From Octopus sinensis (Eukaryota): 64,000 nt of DNA. Every line of letters begins with the position of its first letter. Within the stretch, counting starts at the first letter, position 1. The notes beneath the pieces are model-generated. The model did no database searches. It saw nothing but the letters and a program-made list of their open reading frames with translations, and had not been told where the DNA came from. The position numbers and the translations under genes are program-made. Shown piece after piece: positions 54,933 to 64,000 of the stretch. The stretch is from the NCBI RefSeq assembly GCF_006345805.1, contig NC_043003.1, forward strand, positions 46,376,001 through 46,440,000, read 5' to 3'.

Positions 54933-55109
54933 TATAAATATATATATATAACATTTATATATATAACATATATATATATAACATTTATATGCACACTTAC
55001 ATACATACACATGTAGTATGTGCGATTATATTTGTATATATCGCGCGATCTGAAAGCTTAACAATGAAAATAGTAAAATATACTTCATTTTGTCAACAAG
55101 CTAACTTAC

Positions 55110-55196
55110 TACTCGCATCACCAGCGCCTTTCTGGCACTGATTTTCTATACATCGCTGCCGAGGAGATGAATTGTTGCTATCTCTTGCGTCCATCA
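55110..55196 (-). other. Candidate exon (MDARDSNNSSPRQRCIENQCQKGAGDAS) of an unidentified transcript
   Basis: Acceptor tcttccttggttttatcag, ATG in GTGATGG context, donor A|gtaagt; 87 nt, open only in phase 1. No homology recognised. Confidence 0.22.
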
Positions 55197-55465
55197 CTGA
55201 TAAAACCAAGGAAGATTGAAATTACGTGATCTGGTGGTTTCGGTACTGGAGGTGGCGGGTGTTTATCTCCCTCGCTAGCGATATAAACAAGAGTGCATTT
55301 TGCACCTAAAGCCTATCCAAGAGATTTCTTTATGGTAACTACTGCAGTTAAATTTATTCTAACAGAACATCCACGTTTAAGTGAAGATAAATAGTACCTT
55401 TCGGTATTAACACTGTCTCTGTCGCTAACAGGTAATTATTATTTATGCTTCTCGTGAAAGAGATG

Positions 55466-55528
<63 letters not shown>

Positions 55529-55891
55529 AGAGGAATGAAACAGAAAGACAATCACAGAAAGAATATATATAATGAAAACTTTTGGGGGTTTTGGGAGAGT
55601 CATTATCCCAATATTATAAACACACGCACTGGATTAGTTAAATTAACTAATCGATGGTTAAGCAGTAAGTCGGGGTTTCTTTTTTATCAAAGCACTTTCG
55701 CTGATATATGCAACCTTCTCAATGATTTTTATCTTGCGAAAATTAAATGTAATGAAGAGTTTCTAATCAAAGGACAGAGACCAACTAACAAAGTTCGAAA
55801 ACCAGCATTAAGGGCAGCGTGACGAAACATCCCGACACACCGATGATTTGACATGCCAACGGTAATGTTTGTTTCCTTGGAAAGCAGATAG

Positions 55892-56960
55892 CACAAAGCA
55901 GAAATAATTGTTTCGTGTAACGATAAAACAATCATTACATTAAATCCAGTCGGCTAGATGTGGCTAATACGTTTACTTTTTATTAATTCAAAGCATGGTA
56001 TCTATAGACATTTTTCAAGATTTTAAAAGAATTTGGAAGCTAAATAATGCTTAATAATAAAAGATTACTGCGGCTTTTTAAAATTTAATAAAGAGAAGCT
56101 AGTGGAACAAGAGAAAACAAAGCGATAGGGACATACATCTCGTATGGTTTGTGTACCAATAGTAAACACACACACGCACACACAGGTACATGTACATGTG
56201 TGTAAACCTATACTCACAAGTAGATACATATAAATATATGTATATATTTAGATGTGTGTATACATACAGATATATAATCTATATATACTTGGTGGCTGCC
56301 CCCTCGTTATTGAGTATAGCCATTGCATGGAGCTTAATCAATGTTGTTATCGTGCAATACCTGTGAAAGAAGATTTTTTTTTTAAGTGAGGAAAGGCTGT
56401 GTACTGAGTCAATCCCACTTACTAAGCAACAGCAGCCATAATCCAAAAAGAAGAACAAGACAACATCATTGGTAACCACTGAGTCGCAGGTTTTATGTCG
56501 GAGTTATCCCAGTTACCTGAGTTACCTTCTCCTAGAAGGATGCCCTAACAAAGGCTTGGAGTCCTTCACTCCCAATGGTTTAACCGCGCGATCGGGTATT
56601 CAGTCCGATTATTTCTATGTCCCCGCGAATGATACAGCCTTAAGACATTAATTGGATGGCCGTTGACTCTCAAGAGTTCCTCCGCCCTTTGACGGGCTTT
56701 GTTTTTCATCCCGCAGGGTATCCAATAAACAACCTCCTCACCAAGCAAGCTTGGTGGGGTTGCCGGTTTAGTCGCCGACGACCCGACCATGCTACAGATT
56801 GTATTGGGTTACATGTTACTAGTAGCACTCGAAAGTGACCTGACACAAAGCAGAAATAATAGTTTCGTGTAACGATAAAATAATCATTACATTAACTCCA
56901 GTCAGCTAGATGTGGCTAATAAGTTTACTTTTCATTAATTCAAAGCATGGCATCTATAGA
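55892..56960 (+). repeat. 117-bp direct repeats (55892-56008 and 56844-56960) bracketing an 835-bp insert
   Basis: cacaaagcagaaataat..gtttcgtgtaacgataaaa..atcattacattaa.tccagtc.gctagatgtggctaata..caaagcatgg.atctataga occurs twice with a handful of mismatches. Confidence 0.9.
56470..56843 (-). mobile_element. Probable RTE-type LINE 5' UTR fragment
   Basis: GC-richer block containing gggcatccttCTAGGAGAAGGTAACTC...AAACC, resembling a motif I recall from RTE 5' UTRs; no ORF follows. Confidence 0.35.
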
Positions 56961-57017
56961 AATTACTATATTTACTTACATACATACATACATACATACA
57001 TACATGCATACATACTC

Positions 57018-57071
<54 letters not shown>

Positions 57072-57109
57072 GTGTCTTTATGTATGTATAGTTACATACA
57101 CACATACAT

Positions 57110-57141
<32 letters not shown>

Positions 57142-57872
57142 GCATACACACACACACACACACACACGTATATATATATATATATATTCTTCCATATTGT
57201 AACGTAGCATAATGCTTTTTCCTAACTTTCATGTCTCATAGCATTCATAGTAACTTACCATTTATTGTAACTTAACTGACTCCGGAGCTCTGTCCAGAGA
57301 GGCATAATTTTGATGATGGAATGTGATTCAAGGGAGATGTAGTTACCATTTCCAGTATGCCGAAATATTATCCTCGTTTTGGATTGTCTTTCGCTGCTGT
57401 TATAAAGACTTCAATTCAGTATTGATCTCGGTGATTTATATTCAAAGGTGAACCTCTCATTTTCGTTTCAATTATAATGCATCAGGAACTACATTGTCTA
57501 ATATGACCTTTAACATGATAGAAATTTATATAAGATGGAGCTTACTACTATTTCTGGCATGTTGGACAACCACACAAGACTCACTTCTCATGTAACTACC
57601 TTCTCTGATCGTTACATAAGAAGTGAGACTAGCGAATTCAGTTGGACGGCTACAGTGGTGGCGGTGTGCATGCTAGCATAGCTTTTGACGATAATGGCTA
57701 TTGTTACCGTTGTTAAGATTCTTGATTTTTTAGGGATTTCTGGATTCAATGGTAGGAATAATCTTTTGAGTGTCGTCCTACATTAGATACTGCTGCTGTT
57801 GCTGTTTTCTTTTTTTTTTTTTGTAGCTGCTGTTGTTTTTTCTCGTTGTTGTCTTCTTCTTCTTCTTCTTCT

Positions 57873-57907
<35 letters not shown>

Positions 57908-58357
57908 TTCATCTTCTTCTTCATCTTCCAATCAGGACTCACGCCATTAGCCACAAAGAATAATCTCTAATTCGAGCCTACTCTAAGCTACTAAGAATGC
58001 ATGAGGCAACTTGAAGATCCACCCATCACACGCGATAGCCTGGTGGTTGCACGGGCGCAAGAACTACGCTGTTATCCTCATTCCGTAAACGGTGGCTTTT
58101 AACGGGTGGAGAGCTGAACCATCCTGGGGTACAAAGGATTCGCAATCTAAACTAGGGTCTGAAGGTTTACCACACCATAGTGGGTTACACCATGATTCCT
58201 GGATGCTACTGTAGCTTGTAGCCCCAGGAGGACACCTCTTCCAGCTGGCTATTGATACACTTTCTGTGCCCTGTCACCCTTAAGGGTTAGCCACATTTAA
58301 GTGGGAAATATACTTCACGATGTCGTGCAGCTACTGATTATACCTCGGTCAGAGATT

Positions 58358-58401
<44 letters not shown>

Positions 58402-59439
58402 CAAGGTATGTTTACTGCTTCGTTGATATGTTACAACATAGTATATCTATAGATGATCAGCCAAGACTATAGATTTCGACAAATATATGTATCACGGACA
58501 TATGCAAAATTTCGCGTACTGAAAAATAGGAACAGCTATATATGTTGTATAACTCGTCTCTGCTTTTGAGCTTTGTCAGCAGCTGTGCAACGTCCTTGAC
58601 TATCCACGTACAAATTGTATATAAACCCACCGGTATTAGCGACTAAAACAAGGTAGATAGACCAATTTAGATATTTAACGCTTTCTTGGCAACTAGTTCA
58701 AGCATTAAATTACTGGTTCGTTAACAATCTTTCGTTGCTATAATGTACATTGAAGATATCTAGATAGTTTTAGCCAAGACTGTATGTTATGACGAATGTA
58801 AATCATTGCGTCTCTGTACACAGTATGTTCCTGAACAGAAAAAGAAAGAACAGCTGGTTATACAGTGCGTTTGAAACGAATTTGTGTATACAGTTCACTG
58901 TATCTGCAATATTTTTTTTAACTGAATATGTGAAAGTTTTAGCTCTTGTTTCATTTCCAGTAACACAATACGAATTCTAGGAATAAACATAAGATTGCTT
59001 TGGTGGGTTACATAACTTACATCCACTGTCTTCACGAGAAACTACACACCTTAAAGGGAAGGGAACCAATTGTTAAAAAATCACATATTTAAAACCTTTT
59101 TGAGTTTCACTCGCACTTCAGTAGAGCTCGATCTTTTGGAGACTTGTTCCTCAGTCTGCATCAATGGCCGATGGCCTCTCACTATTTAGGATTATAGCGG
59201 AAGTAACAATGTCGTTCTCAACGACAGCAAGATATTCGACTGTGGCTGGATTGTGGCTTCATATAACAATATACACGTTTTCGTTCTATCAGTCAGAACA
59301 CTCAGAATGTCAAAAAAAAAAAAGGTGAAGCTAATTCAAAGGGAATGATACTGCTAGGCGTCAGCCCCTTTACCAATTTACTGTCGGCTTTTATACTTAA
59401 ATATCAGTTTCTAACGTAGATACGGCTCTGTGAATTACG

Positions 59440-59635
59440 ACAGGTGCTATGTCCGGCAGACATGGTGGCATACACCGTTGCAGGCCATCATCCATCCACT
59501 ATTCGTCCCGGACAACACTCTTAGCAGTGTCCCAGTCAGTTCCCATTTCTGCGTGATACTTCCTCATCCACTAAGACCATGTGGCATGTGGCCGACCAAT
59601 ACGTACCGACACCACACCTGGACCCTGCTGGAATA
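59440..59635 (-). mobile_element. RTE-type LINE 3'-end remnant
   Basis: GRPHATWS*WMRKYHAEMGTDWDTAKSV resembles the RTE terminal GRP..W..MG..W..A peptide. Confidence 0.4.
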
Positions 59636-59639
59636 AAAT

Positions 59640-60487
59640 CTCATCGTAACTGTAGAGGAACTAGTAAAGACGCTTCGATTAGGTCATTCAACCAGTCATC
59701 GACTCTTGAGTGCCATCGGAAAAGTCAGCAAATTGGGTCAATGATTTCCTCACAAACTTTCCGAGTTTAAGCGCGCACAGACAATGAATGAGTACTCTTC
59801 TTTCCTCACAAACGAACCTATTTTGGACCGAATAGTGACTGTTGACGAAAAATGGGTTCTCTATAAAATTGTCAAGTACCAAAGACAGTGGGTTGGGAAA
59901 GGAGAAACACCGGCAGCCCAGGCTGAAAAAGGTGTTCACCCACATAAGGTGTCGTCATCTGTTTGGTGGGATATGAAAGGTTTAATCCACTTTGAACTTC
60001 AAACCGAAACTAAACAATAACAAAGGAGATCTGCGAGCAGCTTAAGCGGCTTCAGTCAGCGCTAGAAGAAAAATGACCATATTTCGTTTCAAGACGAAAG
60101 GTGTTCTTCCATTAGAATAATGCTCGGACACATACAGCGAGGTTGATATTCCAAAGGCTGCAGTAGTTTCAATGGGAAACGATATCTCACCCATCATGTT
60201 CGCCGGACATTGCCCCATCTGTTTATCATTTATACCACAGTCTTCAAAATAATTTAGACAGAAAAATATGAATTCTGTACACGAGGTCAGAACAGTACTG
60301 GAGGAGTATTTTTCGTCACGGTCAAGTGAATTTTGAAAGAGGGGCCTTGCAAGTCTACCAGATAGATGGAAGAGCATTGTAGAAAATGAAGGAGAGTATA
60401 TTTTCGATTTAAAAAATAACTGTTTATTCTAATTTTGTAAAACAAAAGAAGTATAAAAAAAACTGCAGCATTTATGGGATGACCCAA
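59640..60487 (+). mobile_element. 5'-truncated mariner (DD34D-type) transposase pseudogene with right TIR
   Basis: EELVKTLRLGHSTSHRLLSAIGKVSKLGQ*FPHKL, NEPILDRIVTVDEKWVLY, HPHKVSSSVWWDMKGLIHFEL, FH*NNARTHTA, SPDIAPSVYHLYHSLQNNL and LPDRWKSIVENEGEY; ends gcatttatgggatgacccaa-TA. Confidence 0.9.
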
Positions 60488-60870
60488 TACATATAGATAG
60501 ATAGAAAGAGAGAGAGAGGGGGGTGGGATGGAGGGAGGGAGAGAGAGATCATGGTTGTTACAATCTAAAAATCTAAAGAAATTACTATAAGCAAATATAT
60601 ACCTTCGTATTTAACTTCAACAGGCCGAAATGTTACGCTTTGGTTTCCTTTTTTCTTTTTTGTATTTTGCCGTTGCTGTTTTTTTTATTATCTATTTTTT
60701 GTTTTGCTTTTTTGTTCTTCCGCGATCTGCATGACGTGCATTAGCGATATATTTATCAGATGTAGGGTTAAATTTTGAATTCAACTGTGTTTTCAATATT
60801 ATTTATTTAACATTTTCATGTGATCAAATCTTACAGAATTCACACATACATACACACACTCTTAGATATA

Positions 60871-60947
<77 letters not shown>

Positions 60948-61032
60948 ATATATACCCCAATACATAAGTAGGTATATATATATATATATATATGTATGTA
61001 TATACATATACCCCAATACATAAGTAGGTATA

Positions 61033-61089
<57 letters not shown>

Positions 61090-61229
61090 CTCGTGAATGC
61101 TTTCATTCCTACTTTCATGGCAAACTTTGTTTTTATGTCCTTTGATGGCACGCATTATGTACACACACACACATATATATATATATGCGTGTGTGTGTGT
61201 ATACATTTATACACACAAGCTTACTTATA

Positions 61230-61277
<48 letters not shown>

Positions 61278-61775
61278 ATACTATATATATAATATTATAT
61301 ATATATATATATACATATATTGATAGATACATACGTAGATACGAACGTACATACATACAGACACATACATACAAACGCATATATATTGCTTTGTTGTTAT
61401 TTTTTGTTGAAATACTGTAGTTGTAAAGTATTTTTTTTTCATTAGTATTAGTTGTCATCGTTGCTGTTGCTACTGAATTTAGTTAATTACCTGTGTAACG
61501 TATAGATTCTGCTACGTATGCATGTATAAATGAGTGAGAGCATATCTAAATATATTCGTATAGATATGTATAAAACACACACACACACACACACACATAA
61601 ATATATATAAATGTAGACAAGGGCACATGCACACACTCGCATATATGTATATATATATATATATACATGTTCATGGGTATATATGTACACATAAATATCA
61701 GAGAAAGTTTGTACACATATATATTTTTATATATATATATATAGATATAGATATATGTGTAAATGTGCATGCATG

Positions 61776-61859
<84 letters not shown>

Positions 61860-62369
61860 TATTGTTGTATACACATATAAATAAACTACACACACACATA
61901 TATACGTACATATATATGTTCATATATATATATGTATGTATATATCTATCTATATATATAGAATATAGATATACGCACACTTACACATTCACATGTGTGT
62001 ATATATTCCTTATGTGTGAGAATATACACATACATACCTATATATATATATTATATATATATATATAACCCTTATAGATGCTCATACGTATAAACATGTA
62101 TGTAAGTATGCAAGTATGTATACATAATTTCATTATTAATATTCATTATTGACATGTTGCCACTGCTTATATGCATATATATACACTTGTAAGCAGATTA
62201 GCATTTTTAGAAAACTTATGCATATGTGTATGTATTGGTGTGCATATGAATATATACGCACTCACATATACACACAGGTATATACACACTTGCACAAAGA
62301 AATACACATGTAGGCACACGAGCTTACATATGTTCAAGCATTTCATATATTTATGTATGCATGTATGTA

Positions 62370-62407
<38 letters not shown>

Positions 62408-63862
62408 ACAATCTTTGTCACTGATACAGATATACACATTTATAGGGTGCTAAGTACTTACACAGATAAATTTGAATCGTACGTATAGAAACACATCAAA
62501 GTAGTGATATTAATTAAAAATTAAATAAATAAACATATATAGAATTAATTGAAAAATAATTAATATAGATAGCACAAGCATGAAACCTGTATGCACGAAA
62601 TTATTTCACGCAATACACGATAATCTTATTGGTGTCGTTGCTGTTGCTGTGTGAGCAGATCTAAGATTAAAGTCGTTCCAGCCCTGATCATCTAGTCTTA
62701 TTTTAAAACAACGTGTGTAGGACTTCGTCATGAGTTATACAGTAAACTATATCTTGTGGTGAGGCCCTAGTTTAAGAGTAAAGGAGTTTGAGATAGTATG
62801 GGGTTACCTCTGATTCAACCATCTCTGATTTCGCTATGACCAGAGATGGTTAACGGCCCCAGGTATGGATTAAATAGAAGGTTCTGTACTGAAATATTAC
62901 AGGACTCGGAGAAGGGATGGATCTTAGATATGTATCATAGAGTGTCATCAATGTGGGTAAATGACTTGATGTCACGTGGACTAGTCTCACCAAGACCAGA
63001 TAGGCCCTACGCCTGAAGGGTAATCTCGGAAGAGCAACATATAACAGAGTTAACCGTATATATGATGACTGAAGGTAGCGTGGAACCACTGCTAGATAAT
63101 TTTCAAAAAAAATCGTGCATCTTCAGACTTTTGTATGGAGGTCAACGTTCACCAAAGTCTGTAAAACTGTCATGGCACATGAAGAGAGAGAAGGAAAGAC
63201 ACAGACAGACAGACAGGCAGAGACACAGACAACTAGAGAAAGGGAACAAGAGAGGGGAGAGCGAGAGGAGAGAAAGATAGTGAGAATGGTGTCAAAGAGA
63301 GTCGGAGGAGAGAGTGGGGTCTGCATTATTCCATGTGTCTTCTAGTTGTTTAGATAGTTTGCAACTATTTGTAAAATGAGATTTTGTTGCTATTTCTAGC
63401 AAACACATCTCTGTTTTGACTCAAAATAAATGATAGTATTGAACAAGTGACGTTATCAATAAACTATTTATAAATAAATAACTACTCAATGTGTGATTAT
63501 TTACACAATATTATTGTATTTACTTTGCTAAGTGCATTCAACAATATAACTGATGGAAACATTCCTCAGGGGAGCAGTTTGCATACTAAATATGAATACA
63601 ACAGGGATCTGCATATGTAGTATAGTGAGTGGGAAATGTTCGATCAACTGAGATTATTCAAGCAATTAGTTGATAAAAAAGAATATAAAAAAAACAAAGA
63701 ATTCCGTCCAGGGTGGTGTTTAAACTCTAAAAGGAAAAACAAAAATGCTTATAAGGAGAAATAACTCCAATACTACCTATTCATCGTAATTTTCGAACCT
63801 GGATAAATCAACAATGACGATTTGAGTATATTTAGTTAATAATAAATAATTAAATAAATAAA

Positions 63863-64000
63863 TGCGCCCTTTTTAAAGCCTAGTCAGGCTCATGGTCTCC
63901 CGGTTTCTATGGCGTATGTGTTCTCCAGCTGGACGGGACGTCAGTCCATCGCAGCGTTACTCATTTTTGCCAGCCGAGTGGACTGGAGCAACGTGAAATG
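63863..64000 (-). mobile_element. SINE family F 3' part (shared central block), truncated by window edge
   Basis: Minus: catttcacgttgctccagtccactcggctggcaaaaatgagt..cgatggactgacgtcccgtccagc..; (TTTA)n tail. Confidence 0.7.

Noticed and set aside
62817-62851. 11-bp perfect hairpin AACCATCTCTG/CAGAGATGGTT
   Set aside because: Stem is too short for a pre-miRNA, and one such hairpin in 64 kb is not clearly beyond chance.

Overview
AT-rich eukaryotic genomic DNA packed with microsatellites ((TA)n, (CA)n, (TAGA)n, (TAA)n, (GAT)n, (GAA)n) and interspersed repeats. The SINE families and repeat landscape resemble a coleoid cephalopod (Octopus-like); this is inferred from pattern recognition, not a database search. 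Almost all ORFs in the supplied track are translated microsatellites, and no host protein-coding gene could be identified with confidence, so the window is probably intronic or intergenic. Recognisable protein-coding signal is all transposon-derived: (1) a stack of R4/Dong-clade retrotransposon 3' fragments (restriction-like endonuclease) in (TAA)n tracts at 34.8-38.5 kb, one with an uninterrupted ~240-codon ORF; (2) an internally deleted Ty3/Gypsy element with two 199-bp LTRs (46.9-49.0 kb); (3) two Tc1/mariner remnants; (4) RTE and CR1-group LINE remnants; (5) a Penelope-like remnant with a GIY-YIG fragment and a minimal hammerhead-ribozyme-like motif. At least six tRNA-type SINE families occur, including nested, chimeric and inverted copies. 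One family shares a 3' tail and compensated stem-loop with an adjacent LINE 3' end. A 100-N scaffold gap lies at 24564-24663. No rRNA, tRNA gene or CRISPR array was found.
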